Positions 13,155-25,602 of a stretch of 64,000 nucleotides of DNA are shown here, in pieces; within the stretch, counting starts at the first letter, position 1; the number at the start of each line of letters is the position of its first letter. The position numbers and the translations under genes are program-made. The notes beneath the pieces are model-generated. The model was not told the DNA's origin and did not search any database. It was given only the letters and a program-made list of their open reading frames with translations. This DNA comes from Octopus sinensis (taxonomy: Eukaryota). The stretch spans positions 7,750,001 through 7,814,000 of the forward strand of contig NC_043003.1 of the NCBI RefSeq assembly GCF_006345805.1. The letters run 5' to 3'.

Positions 13155-13254
13155 TTATAATTTTTAACCGTAAGGGTTCTTTTAATATACTGCCACAATT
13201 CCTGATGGAGTTTTTTTCTGTAGAGAAAAAGACTATATCACTTTTAATAGTATA

Positions 13255-13315
13255 TATATACATATATATTTACAGTAATCCAAACCTGCGATAGTCGAGG
13301 GATTACTGTATATAT

Positions 13316-13380
<65 letters not shown>

Positions 13381-13402
13381 TATATATATATATATATATA
13401 AA

Positions 13403-13464
<62 letters not shown>

Positions 13465-13706
13465 TATATATATATTATATATATACATAAAGTTATATAT
13501 ATATATATACATATATATATAATAATAAATTTAGGGAATAAATCCAAACTTACAGGGAAAAATCGTGGATATTAATAATTAATAATTAATAATTAATAAT
13601 TGTTAAATTTCTAAATTATATAAATTAATTTATGTATTGGATTAAGTCTTTCCTTGTTTGATTTGCATAATAGTGGTTTTGTCTCTAATTTATATAATAC
13701 ATATAT

Positions 13707-13750
<44 letters not shown>

Positions 13751-13780
13751 TATATAAAGTTATATATATATATATATTTT
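13255..13780. repeat. (TA)n tracts with short inserted non-TA fragments
   Basis: Direct reading; 13531-13562 AGGGAATAAATCCAAACTTACAGGGAAAA recurs at 37688-37720. Confidence 0.85.
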
Positions 13781-13960
13781 CTTTACTTTCTCTTTTATTC
13801 CTCTACTTGTTTCAGTCGTTTGACTGCGGCCATACTGGAGCACCGCCTTTAGTCGAGCAAATCGATGATCGCAGGACTTATTCTTTGTAAGCCTAGTACT
13901 TATTCTATCGGTATCTTTTTGCCGAACCGCTAGGTTACGGAGGTGTAACCACACAGGCAT
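13780..13960 (-). mobile_element. SINE family A, 3' half
   Basis: ACTTGTTTCAGTC..GACTGCGGCCATACTGGAGCACCGCC..GGACTTATTCTTTGTAAGCCTAGTAC. Confidence 0.85.
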
Positions 13961-14009
13961 CAGTTCTCAAGTGATGTATATATATATATAACACACCTCA
14001 ACTGACTAT

Positions 14010-14030
14010 ATAGATAGATAGGTGGGTAGG

Positions 14031-14102
<72 letters not shown>

Positions 14103-14104
14103 CA
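14010..14104. repeat. (GATA)n microsatellite
   Basis: Direct reading. Confidence 0.97.
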
Positions 14105-14307
14105 GAATGAAAGAGAATAAGATGAGAAAAACAGAAGATTTGTTTAACAAGATTTAAGAGTATATTAGAACCATGATAATAAAGAGATACAATTTTGTAC
14201 AAAATAAGATTTTGGTCTTTCAACATAGTCGAAGTAAGGACCGGTTTCGCATCGCTCATCAAGCTCTGCTAAGTTGAACGAGATAGATTTTCTAACTCAT
14301 ATATATA

Positions 14308-14692
14308 CTAGCAGTATCGCCCGGCGTTGCTCGGGTTTGTAAGGGAAATAACTATATAAGCATTTTTAGAGATTTATAAACAAAAAAATGCATTAAAATG
14401 GAAAAAAAATGATGGTAATTTTTTTAAATCGTTGACTCATCGTAGACATTTTTAGAGAGTTACTTCCCTTATATAATAGCGAAAACAATGCATTAAAATG
14501 GAAAGAAATGATGGTAAGTTATTTTTAAAATCGTTGACTCATCGTAGACGCGCGCTAATACCCAGAAGGGATCGATATGAATCACGACTATAAGATACCC
14601 GGTTTTGGTTAAACTGCACCGCAAAATGTGGGAGTAGTTAGGAATCTAAATCGTAGGAGACAGACACACAACTTCTCTTTTATATATAAAGA
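14308..14692 (-). mobile_element. Non-autonomous Helitron with an internal tandem duplication
   Basis: Minus strand A|TC-TTTATATATAAAAGAG start; CCCGAGCAACGCCGGG hairpin then CTAG|T; AATGCATTAAAATGGAAA..ATCGTTGACTCATCGTAGAC occurs twice. Confidence 0.8.
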
Positions 14693-15024
14693 TATATAAA
14701 CATTGTTATTGTTGTTGTTGCTACTACAGCTGGTTGGCTGCTACTGTTGCTGCTGCTTTTATGGTTGTTGTTGTTGTTGTTGTTGTTGTTCCTATTATCA
14801 GAGGATTAAACTCAGTGTCTGGAATACATTCAAAGGAAAAAAATCGAGATCAGACATTGAAATGTTGTTACATTCACCTGATGCAGCTTTAGAAATTAGA
14901 TCCAATGCACGTATCGATGCATAGTGATGCACCTAAACGAATGTTATTGATCTTTGCATCTCGTCAACGTGTAAACTGAAATACACGGAAATGAAACAGA
15001 TAAACACAGTCAGAAACACAGAGG

Positions 15025-16380
15025 TGTATGGGTGGCGGGTGGGATGTGTGTGTGTAGGTGTAGGTGTGTGTGTAGGTATGTGTGTGTGTGTGGGTGTTTC
15101 TGCACAGGTGTATGTGTGTATGTGCGGATATGTGTGAGTGCGTTTGTGTGTGTGTGTCTGTATGTGGGTGGATGTTTCCGCACAGGTGTATGTGTGTATG
15201 TGTGGGTATGTGTGAGTGCGTTTGTGTGTGTGTGTCTGTATGTGGGTGGATGTTTCCGCGCAGGTGTATGTGTGTATGTGCATGTATGTGTATGTAGGTG
15301 TAGGTGGGTGTGTATGTGTGTATGTGCGGGTATGTCTGTGTGTGTGTGCGTGGCTACGCCTATGTGTATGTATGTGAACGTGTGTATGTGTGTGTGTGTA
15401 TGTACGTGTACGTTTGCGTGCATGTGCGTGTATGTGCGCGTGTATGTGTGTGTGCGTGTGTGTGTATCTGTGTATACATGCTTATGTGTGTGTGTATCTG
15501 TGTATAAGTGTGTATATATCTGTGTGTGCGTGTACGTTTGCGTACATGTGTCATTCATGTGCATGTATGTGTACGCGTGTGTGTGTATGTTTGTATACGT
15601 GTGTATATTGTGTCTATGTGTGTGTGTGTGTCTATGTGTGTATGTATATGAACGTGTGTACATGTATGTGTGTGTACATGTGCGTGTATGTGTGTGTCTG
15701 TATATGTGTGTCTACATATGTGTGTGCTCGTGTATGTCTGCGTACATGTGCGTGTATGTGCACGTACGTATGTGTGTATGTGTGTATGTGCATGTAACTC
15801 TCCGTACACGTGTGTGTATATGCATGGGTGTATGGGTTTGTGTGTGTGTGTGATTCTGTATACGTGTGTATACATATTTGTGTCTACGTGTGTGTATGTG
15901 TGTTTGAACGTGTGTACGTGTATGTGTGAGTATGTATTCGTCTGTGTACATATGTGTGTGTATGTGCGAGTATGTGTATGTATGTCTGTGTACGTCTGTG
16001 GATGTATATATATGTGTACGTGTTTGTACGTGTGTATGTGTGTATATGTGTTTCCGTGTATGCGCATATGTACGTTTGCGTACGTGTGTCTATGTGTGTG
16101 TGTATGTGTGTGAACGTGTGTTCGTGTATCTATGTATGTGTACGTGTATGACTGTGTACAGATGAGTATATGTGTATATGCGTATATGTGTAGGTATGTA
16201 CTATGTGTATGACTGTGTGTTTGTGTGTATGTATGTGTGTCTGTGTGTGTTTGTATGTGTTTGTGTCTGTGTTTGTGTGTGTTTGTGTGTGTGTGTGTTT
16301 GTGCGTGTGTGTGTGTTTGTGTGTGTGCGTGTTTGTATGTGTGTGTGTGTGTGGTGTGTATGTGTGTGTGTGTGCGTGTC
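15025..16380. repeat. Compound GT/GTAT microsatellite with an internal ~78-bp duplication
   Basis: Direct reading; block ...GTGAGTGCGTTTGTGTG...GGATGTTTCCGC repeated at ~15106-15262. Confidence 0.95.
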
Positions 16381-16618
16381 TGTGTCGCTGTTTGTTCTCC
16401 ACCACCGCTTGAAAACTGGTGGTCGTGTTTACATCCCTGTAATTTAGCCGTTCGTCAAAAAGAGACCGATAGAATAAGTATCAGGCCTTAAAAATATTAA
16501 GTATTGGGGTAGATTCATTCGACTAAAGACCAAAATTCCTCTAGGCGGTACCCTAGTCTAATGACAAGAACAAGCTCCAGCATGACCGCAACTGCATGGC
16601 TGAAACAAATAAGAGAAT
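16380..16618 (+). mobile_element. SINE family A, 3' half
   Basis: CCACCACCGCTTGA..AAAAAGAGACCGATAGAATAAGTA..GCTCCAGCATGACCGCA..GCTGAAACAAATAAGAG. Confidence 0.8.
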
Positions 16619-16632
16619 ATATTGAAAACAAT

Positions 16633-17368
16633 GATTTTGGCGAAAATTTTGAAAAACATTTCGAAGATTTTGGTAAAAATTTTGAAAAACTTTTCAAAGA
16701 TTTTGGTGAAAATTTTGAAAAACTTTTCAAAGATTTTGGCGAAAATTTTGAAAAACTGGTACGCAACTGGTAATTAATTTATCGACCCCGAAAGGATGAA
16801 CGGAAAAGTAGCCTTCAGCGGAATTTGAACTAAGAGCTTAAAGACAGACGAAATACTGTTAAGTATTTCACCCGACGTGCTAACATTTGGTGAAAATTTT
16901 GAAAAACTTTTCGAAGATTTTGGCGAAAATTTTGAAAAACTTTACAAACATTTTCGGAGATAATTTTGAAAAACTTTTCGAAGATTTTGGTGAAAATTTT
17001 GAAAAACTTTTCAAAGAAATTTGATGAAAATTTTGAAAAACTTTTCAAAGAAATTTGATGAAAATTTTGAAAAACTTTTCAAAGATTTTGGTGATAATTT
17101 TGAAAATTTTCAAAGATTTTTGTTAACATTTTGAAAAACGTTTCGAAGTTTTGGTGAAAATTTTGAGAAACTTTTCAAAGATTTTGGTGAAACTTTTGAA
17201 AAACTTTTCAAAGTATTTCGTGAAAATTTTGGAAAACTTTTCAAAGAATTTGATGAAAATTTTGAAAAACTTTTGAAAGATTTTGGTGAAAATTTTGAAA
17301 AACTTTTCAACGGAATTTGATGAAAATTTTGAAAAACTTTTGGAAGATTTTGGTGATAATTTTGATAA
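16633..17368. repeat. 33-bp minisatellite GATTTTGGTGAAAATTTTGAAAAACTTTTCAAA, roughly 18 copies, interrupted by a SINE C fragment (16757-16885)
   Basis: Direct reading. Confidence 0.93.
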
Positions 17369-17799
17369 CTCTTCTGATTGGCATGTAAAGTTAATATCTA
17401 TTTTTAAAAATTTGCCCGTTTTTGAAGCGGCGCTCACAGCCTTCTAACACACGAGTATTGATACAATATTAATACAAATTAACCATATTGATATTAAGAC
17501 TGTTGAAGCCTGACCCTGAAATGAGGATAATTAAACTTAGAGCAGATAAATACGTTGTCTAGAGAGCTGGATTGGCGCTTTATAAAGTTTTTCCTAAGTT
17601 TAAATAGCTTCAAGCACAAACATCTCTTGATCTTTAACATCCCGATTTTATGTTGATTACTATGGCTGACCGTACATAAATGAGACGAAACAGTCGAGAG
17701 AAACCAATGACTTGTAGGGACGTTGTATCTCGTTATGCGTCATAATGTATTACAAAGTATATTAAACGCATTTCATAATTCAATGCTGTGTTCTACTAA

Positions 17800-18610
17800 G
17801 GCGGCGAGCATGCAGAAACGTTAGCACTCCGGGCGAAATGCTTATTATTTCGTCTGCCGCTACGTTTTGAGCTCAAATTCGGCCGAGGTCGACTTTGCCT
17901 TTCATCCTTTCGAGACCGATAAATTAAGGATCAATTGCGTACTGGGGTCGATATAATCGACTTAATCCGTTTGTCTGTCCTTGTTTGTCCTCTCTGTGTT
18001 TAGCCCCTTGTGGGTAGTAAAGAAATAGGTATTTCGTCTGCCGTTACGTTCTGAGTTCAAGTTCCGCCGAGGTCGACTTTGCCTTTCATCCTTTCGGGAT
18101 CGATTAAATAAGTACCAGTTACGCACTGGGGTCGATGTAATCGATTTAATCCGTTTGTCTGTCCTTGTTTGTCCTCTCTGTGTTTAGCCCCTTGTGGGTA
18201 GTAAAGAAATAGGTATTTTGTCTGTCTCTACGTTTTGATTTCAAATTCCGTCAACGTCGACTTTGGCTTTCATCCTTTCGGGGTCGATAAATTAATTACC
18301 AGTTGCGTACTAGGGTCGATCTAATCAATTGGCCCCCTCCTCAAAAATTTCGGGCTTTGTACCAATAGTAGAAAAGAATATATTGGTTAAAGCAAGGCGT
18401 CGAACTGGCAGAAACGTTAGCACGCCAGGCAAAATGCTTAGCGGTGTTTCGTCTGTCTCTACGCTTTGAGTTCAAATTCCACCGAGGTCGATTTTGCCTT
18501 TCATCTTTTCAGGGTCGATAAATTAAGCACCAGTTGCGTACTGGGGTCAATCTAATCGATTGGACCCCTCCTCAAAAATTTTGGGCCTTGTGCCAAGAGT
18601 AGAAAAGAAT
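17800..18610 (+). mobile_element. SINE family C tandem array, four core units
   Basis: Core GTCGACTTTGCCTTTCATCCTTTCG at ~17888, 18072, 18256 and 18487; possible TSD TGTGTTCTA at 17787 and 18613. Confidence 0.9.
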
Positions 18611-18621
18611 AATGTGTTCTA

Positions 18622-18765
18622 TAGTAGCGGAAGTAGGCTAGAACGTTAAAACTTAGTGCGCTTGCACAGCAGAGTTCTAGGCCAATCTTTACCAAGGAGC
18701 TTGACTACTTGCTTTAGCTTCGTTACTATGTCAACAGTCCGGATACTTAATGATCAGACCTCGTA
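18622..18765 (-). mobile_element. Mariner left end, same family as 1121
   Basis: Minus strand TACGAGGTCTGATCATTAAGTATCCGGACTGTTGACATAGTAACGAAGCTAAAGCA...CACTAAGTTTTAACGTTCTA. Confidence 0.82.
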
Positions 18766-19102
18766 CATAAATACACATACATACGTGCATAGAATAATGT
18801 TTTCCATCGTCTTGGCTTAACAGATGTTTACTGGTAGCATTGATGCTTTGAGTCTGAAATTATGTTTAAGGAAAAGGAATGCTTCAGTTTGTCCAACACA
18901 CAAAGACACAAACGAATGTGATTCCTTCGAGTGTGTGTGCGCGCGCTAGCATGCGTAAATATGTGTGCGTATGTATGTGTGTGCATATGTATGTGTGTGT
19001 TTTCACGTGTGTACTGTCTGTCTGTGGGAGAGTGTTTGTGTTGACTAACAAATTGTCTCAAATTCATTTCACCATGTCTATTTTTTCGTTTTTCAAACGT
19101 TT

Positions 19103-19148
19103 ATCTCTCTTCTCTCTTCTCTCTCTCTCTCTCTCTCTCTCTTCACTC

Positions 19149-19197
<49 letters not shown>

Positions 19198-19327
19198 CGC
19201 TCGCTCGCTCGTTCTCTGTCTTTCTCTACCTATCTATATTATCTACTTATCTCTCTATTTCTCTACCTCTTTTCTGTGTATGTATGTAGTGCATATATAT
19301 ATATAATACATAATATAATACACACGC

Positions 19328-19364
<37 letters not shown>

Positions 19365-19367
19365 AAT

Positions 19368-19414
<47 letters not shown>

Positions 19415-19502
19415 TATATGTGTATATCGTATGTGTGTGTGGTGTATGTGTAATATATGTGTCTCTTGTCTCGTATTCACTTCATTTCTCCTCTCTCCCT
19501 TC

Positions 19503-19543
<41 letters not shown>

Positions 19544-19550
19544 TCTCTCC
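19103..19550. repeat. (CT)n/(TA)n/(CT)n compound microsatellite
   Basis: Direct reading. Confidence 0.93.
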
Positions 19551-20469
19551 TTATTTTTTATTGTTTCAGGATTGGACAGTTAATTATTCATTCCACATTT
19601 CGCGTAGGATAAAATAAACACGGCTAATCCCTCATTGATGATATACTCCTGCTTATAAAAGATTAGTCAATTGTCTGTTTATCACCCGACTACAAAGGAT
19701 GAATAAATATTTATGCTTTTTTTTTCTTTACGTTTTTGTAGTGGACGTTTGAATGCTGTTTCAAAGATCTGCTGGATGTTCAAGTTTCATGCATTACCCC
19801 ATCTGTCCATATGCAGTCACATGAAAATATAATTATGCCAAATAACAATATGTTCAGATCCATTTCCCCATTGTAATCTAATTTTTAATTAATTCAGATT
19901 TACTTTTAATTCTTAGTTTGTCTCCCTTGTTGTTCTTGACCAGAATTATCATTATTTGTCATAAACCTAATATTTAGTTTCCAGTTAATATCTTACCAAA
20001 TAAACCCAGTGACCTCTAAATATCGGTTAAACAAGCGTTAATAACGAGCTAAAACCTTGAACATGATCCAATTCAACATAAAACTATAAACCTTAAAATA
20101 AAAATTAAGACATTATTTCGTTTATGTGTTTTCGTTTGTAAGATTCATGACGTGAACTTGTATGCTGAAACTTATTCAACATTCCGTTGTATCTCAAGTG
20201 GGTCATTATGCCAAAAATAAACACACGTACTGGTCTATTCACTTCTTTATTTATATGTGTCAATTGGTTAAACTAGTTAACTGATCGATTGTTTGATTAA
20301 TCAGTCAATCAATCAGCTAAGTTTGTTGGAATCCTTTCGGAAGGAAACCTGTAATAGAGTAGGGAAGGAATGTTGTCTATTTGATCGTGAGTAGCAATGA
20401 AAGGACTGTGACAAACCTTGCCGAGTGATGGCACAAAATCTCACAATAGTAATAAAGGAATCACAGATT

Positions 20470-20830
20470 ATTAACAATGGAAGCAACCGCCAAATCTTAA
20501 AAGACTCTTAACAAAGGCGAAATTTACATCAGAAGAAATAACGCAAGTAACCAAGACAAGGAGGCTTTCTTTGTTAAGCGTATGAAATAAGCGAGCAGGG
20601 AAATACCAAACATTTCAACTATGGTCAAAGAACTGAAGATTAATTGAAACAAGGAGCTGCAAAACAAAAAAATTATTTTCTGTATCACATGCCCACAATG
20701 TAATGAGAATTATATCGGTGAAACAGGATCAATTTTAATATATCGGGTTAGGACACATAAACAACAAATCAAGCATTCATCTAAACAAATGTTCCTTGCG
20801 TCTATGCGTCTCACCTGACAACACGTGTGT
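20470..20830 (+). pseudogene. Penelope-like element GIY-YIG endonuclease relic
   Basis: 20481 reads KQPPNLKRLLTKAKFT; 20681 reads CITCPQCNENYIGETGSILIYRVRTHKQQIK (CxxC-YIGET-R-H signature). Confidence 0.85.
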
Positions 20831-21249
20831 CTGAAAAGATGAAAACAGTGAAAAGCGCATAACACAACACGAGAACTTCCTTTTATAAGGTTTGTGTCAT
20901 CATATATTTTGAAGATATTTTGGTGTAAATAATCATTTTCACTTTAAAATCTCCCGTCGTGCTTTCTCTCTCTCCCCTCTCTCTCTCTCTCACATACACA
21001 CATACACACACATATACATATATATATATATATGAATACGTAAGTACAAAAGTATACATGTGTAAGCATATATATATGTGTGTGTATTTGGATATACATA
21101 CACACACCTACACACATTATTTAATATGTGTGTGGTGTGTGTGTGTTGTGTAATTGGGTGTATTTTTTATATTTATGCTTACGCGTGTGTTTCTGCCTGA
21201 CAATCTTTGTGTATTTACCCACATAAAACATATACCTTGTAATCTTGTC

Positions 21250-21279
21250 TTACTATCTACTTTTCTTTCTCTCTCCCCA

Positions 21280-21325
<46 letters not shown>

Positions 21326-21780
21326 ATCTATCTATGTATATCTATCCATCTCTGTATCTCTCTGTCTATCTCTCCCTCTCTCTCTCTCTATCTCTATCTA
21401 TTTACCTCTTTCTATCTATCTATCTATCTATCTCTCTATCTATCTATCTATCTATCTATCGCTCCCTCTCTCAGTCTATCTATCTTCCTCTCCCCCTCTC
21501 TCTCTCACCCTACTCTCTCTCTCTCTCTATCTAACTATCTATCTATGTATATCTATCTATCTCTCTGTATGTCTCTGTCTATCTCTCCCTCTCTCTCTAT
21601 CTATCTCTATCTATCTACCTCTTTCTATCTATCTATCTATCTCTCTGTCTATCGCTCCCTCTCTCTCTCTCCCTACTCTCTCTCTCTATCTAACTATCTA
21701 TCTATCTATATATCTCTCTCTCTGTATCTCTCTGTGTATCTCTCCCTCTCTCTCTATCTATCTCTATCTATCTGCCTCTT

Positions 21781-21811
<31 letters not shown>

Positions 21812-21816
21812 CTCTG

Positions 21817-21847
<31 letters not shown>

Positions 21848-21995
21848 CCCTACTCTCTCTCTATCTAACTATTTATCTATCTCTTTCTATCTATCTATCT
21901 TTCTATCTATCTCTCTATCTATCTATCTCTCCCTCTCTCAGTCTATCTTCCTATCTTCCTCTCCTTCTCAATCTCTCTCTCTCCCTCTCTCTATC

Positions 21996-22031
<36 letters not shown>

Positions 22032-22050
22032 GCTGGCTATCTCGCTCTCT
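21250..22050. repeat. (CT)n/(CTAT)n compound microsatellite with higher-order duplications
   Basis: Direct reading. Confidence 0.95.
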
Positions 22051-22163
22051 ACATATGTGGTTGGGAAGCAAGCTTCTTACACACACACACGTCTCTTTGT
22101 ATGCTTGCGTGTGTGCATGTGCTTGTGTATACTTGTGAATACTATTATACTATTATAGTATAA

Positions 22164-22601
22164 CTAGCAGCATAGCCCGGCGTTGCCCGGGTATGTAAGA
22201 GTCCCTAGTAGGCAACGGCTAATCCCAATCTAGTTCTTTCCCTCTAGGGAACGAAGGCGCATGTGTAGGTTGCAATGTCTTCTCTTCACTCGAATACTTC
22301 TGTGTATACGATGTTCCTAGCTGTCCCTTTGGGCGATAAAAAAGGTCGAGTTGTGTCCCCTAGACAGAAAATGTGTTGCATATAAAAGCTTAATTTCTCG
22401 ACCCCATGTCGAATTTATCGATTTTTTCAGAACTGGGGGAACTTTTAAAATTTTCGCTGCGTCAGTTTTGAATTATGACATTGGGCTATGTGTGTGTCAA
22501 GTTTCATCAGAATCGGTTGAAAGCCGTGGTCTGGGTGAGGGTACAACCTGACAGACACACAGACACACAGACAGACAAACTGCCGTTTATATATAGAGAG
22601 A
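22164..22601 (-). mobile_element. Non-autonomous Helitron
   Basis: Minus strand A|TC-TCTCTATATATAAACGGCAG start; CCCGGGCAACGCCGGG hairpin then CTAG|T; 5' ~230 bp nearly identical to 5925-6128. Confidence 0.85.
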
Positions 22602-23116
22602 TAAATTACGTCTAAACAAGTGTTTCTTCTATGAATCTCCCTCTTTTACGAAATAAGATAATTTAAATGATGTCTGTGTATGTACGGCTTCCACCTGAAC
22701 GGCACCCTAACTAGCCCCCCCACACATCCAAACACGCTGCACCTCCACCCCTATCAGCTTCAGCATCATTAACAGCAACGTCTTCGACACCACTACTACG
22801 ACTACAAGCGCCAGACGCTCCACCAACGACCACCACCCTCACCGCTGCGACAATGGTTGCAACTGCTAGAGCCGCAGTTGCCGGCAACTACAACTGCTAC
22901 CACCATAGTCAGTCCTACTCTTACAACCCCCCCCCCACCATGTCTTCATGCTGCTGATGTAGCTATCGTCTGCTGTAGTCAATAATGTTTACGCGTGTTC
23001 ATTTATGTGATGCTGTTGTTGTTGCTGCTGCTGCTCCTGCTGCTGCTGCTGCTGCTGTTGTTGTTGTTGTTGTTGTTGTATTACGAAGACTTTAAACTGT
23101 GTCTGGTAAAGCATGA

Positions 23117-24156
23117 AATAAACTTCTCATAGTGTTAAGCTAGGAATTTCTCCAACCCAGCGCATCTCATCAACACGATCAGCTACTACCTGGTGTTTCG
23201 AATTGCAAGAAATAGCAGCCAATAAACTTCTCATAGTGTTAAGCTAGGAATTTCTCCAACCCAGCGCATCTCATCAACACGATCAGCTACTACCTGTGTT
23301 TTTCGAATTGCAAGAAATAGCAGCCAATAAACTTCTCATAGTGTTAAGCTAGGAATTTCTCCAACCAGCGCATCTCATCAACACGATCAGCTACTACCTG
23401 GTGGTTCGAATTGCAAGAAATAGCAGCCAATAAACTTCTCATAGTGTTAAGCTAGGAATTTCTCCAACCCAGCGCATCTCATCAACACGATCAGCTACTA
23501 CCTGGTGGTTCGAATTGCAAGAAATAGCAGCCAATAAACTTCTCATAGTGTTAAGCTAGGAATTTCTCCAACCCAGCGCATCTCATCAACACGATCAGCT
23601 TCTACCTGGTGGTTTGAATTGCAAGAAATAGCAGCCAATAAACTTCTCATAGTGTTAAGCTAGGAATTTCTCCAACCCAGCGCATCTCATCAACACGATC
23701 AGCTACTACCTGGTGGTTCGAATTGCAAGAAATAGCAGCCAATAAACTTCTCATAGTGTTAAGCTAGGAATTTCTCCAACCCAGCGCATCTCATCAACAC
23801 GATCAGCTACTACCTGGTGGTTCGAATTGCAAGAAATAGCAGCCAATAAACTTCTCATAGTGTTAAGCTAGGAATTTCTCCAACCCAGCGCATCTCATCA
23901 ACACGATCAGCTACTACCTGGTGGTTCGAATTGCAAGAAATAGCAGCCAATAAACTTCTCATAGTGTTAAGCTAGGAATTTCTCCAACCCAGCGCATCTC
24001 ATCAACACGATCAGCTACTACCTGGTGGTTCGAATTGCAAGAAATAGCAGCCAATAAACTTCTCATAGTGTTAAGCTAGGAATTTCTCCAACCCAGCGCA
24101 TCTCATCAACACGATCAGCTACTACCTGTTGGTTCGAACTGCAAGAAATACCAGCC
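23117..24156. repeat. 104-bp tandem repeat, 10 near-identical copies
   Basis: Unit AATAAACTTCTCATAGTG...GAAATAGCAGCC starts at 23117, 23221, 23326, 23429, 23533, 23637, 23741, 23845, 23949, 24053. Confidence 0.97.
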
Positions 24157-24199
24157 AAAAATCTCACCCCACCAAATAAGATTCTTCTATTATTCAGGA

Positions 24200-24304
24200 G
24201 AAGAAGAAGAAGAAGAAGAAGAAGAAGAAGAAGAAGAAGAAGAAGAAGAAGAAGAAGAAGAAGAAGAAGAAGAAGAAGAAGAAGAAGAAGAAGAAGAAGA
24301 AGAA
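24200..24304. repeat. Perfect (GAA)n tract
   Basis: Direct reading. Confidence 0.97.
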
Positions 24305-24523
24305 ATGTGTGAAAGAGGACATTCAAGAACTTAGGCCTAGAAAGACACCACCACCACCTCCATCAGCATCACCACCGCCAGCATCACCACCACCACCGCC
24401 GCCGCCCAAGAGAGATTGCGAAGATAACGACAGAAATCCTTTGATCATAAATCCTTCGGCTCAGAATTAATCTGGAGGGAAGCAACCACAGCAACGTGAT
24501 CAATTTACACACAACACACACCC

Positions 24524-24559
24524 ATATATATATATGTTATATCTCTATATATTACATGC

Positions 24560-24605
<46 letters not shown>

Positions 24606-24842
24606 GTGTGTTGTGTGTGTGTGTGTGTGTGTGGTTGTGTGTGTGTGTGTGTGTGTGTGTGTTGTGTGGTGTGTTGTGTGTGGTGTGTGGTGTGTGTATG
24701 TGTGTGTGTGGCTGTGTGCATCCGCACCTACCTTTCGCTGTTCATTTTGCCTTGTTTATTTGATTGATCCCTTTATCTTTCTCTCTTTCTCTCTCTCTCC
24801 TCTCTCCATCTCTCTCTCTCTCTACATATATTATATAATATG

Positions 24843-24909
<67 letters not shown>

Positions 24910-25145
24910 CATACATATGATATATATATACAACAATATATACATATATAATACATATATATATATATATATATATGTAATATATATGTATATATATATA
25001 TATATCTGTATTATGTACATGCATATATATATACATATATATATGAATGTATGTATGTATGTATGCATGCATGCATGCATGCATGCATGCATGTATGTAT
25101 GTATATATATAGAGAGAGGGAGAGAGGGAGAGAGGGAGAGAGAGT
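24524..25145. repeat. TA/TG/CT/TGCA compound microsatellite
   Basis: Direct reading. Confidence 0.93.
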
Positions 25146-25602
25146 CGGAGACAAGGATGAACGCAAAGCCAACAGCGAATCACACCACATGTTTTTGTCA
25201 GACAGAAAAAAAAACCTTAGGTAAACAAACACTAGGATTAGAAGCTTGGATCAAGATCAAACAGTATTTCACTGATATCCAGTATTCAGCAACTCCAGAA
25301 ATATCTAAGGATTAACTGGATTAACGGTACATTTAACACGCGGCGTAAGTACAGCAGTAAGTATGAAGCGAGTGCATAATTGGGTATTGCTACACGCGTT
25401 TCATTACCAAATTTATTAACACATTGCGTTAAACAATTTCGCACGCAATAACATGAAAGAATCTAACAGATTCTGCACTAATATGTTTGCGTCACGTTGC
25501 CCTATCGTCAGGTAATATTTCATTAGAGGTTTATTAGGAGCTAAGTGCCACCGGAATGATGGCAGCATGTATGCATGTATATGTGTGCATATACATTCAT
25601 TT

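Noticed and set aside
16515-17437. Amphipathic-looking FGENFEKLFKD repeat ORFs
   Set aside because: Product of a 33-bp unit; frames are broken by indels and a SINE insertion.
23117-24156. CRISPR array or tandem ribozyme (retrozyme) interpretation of the 104-bp repeat
   Set aside because: No unique spacers and no cas genes; the minus-strand TGATGAG..GAAA lacks the core C and a stem II.
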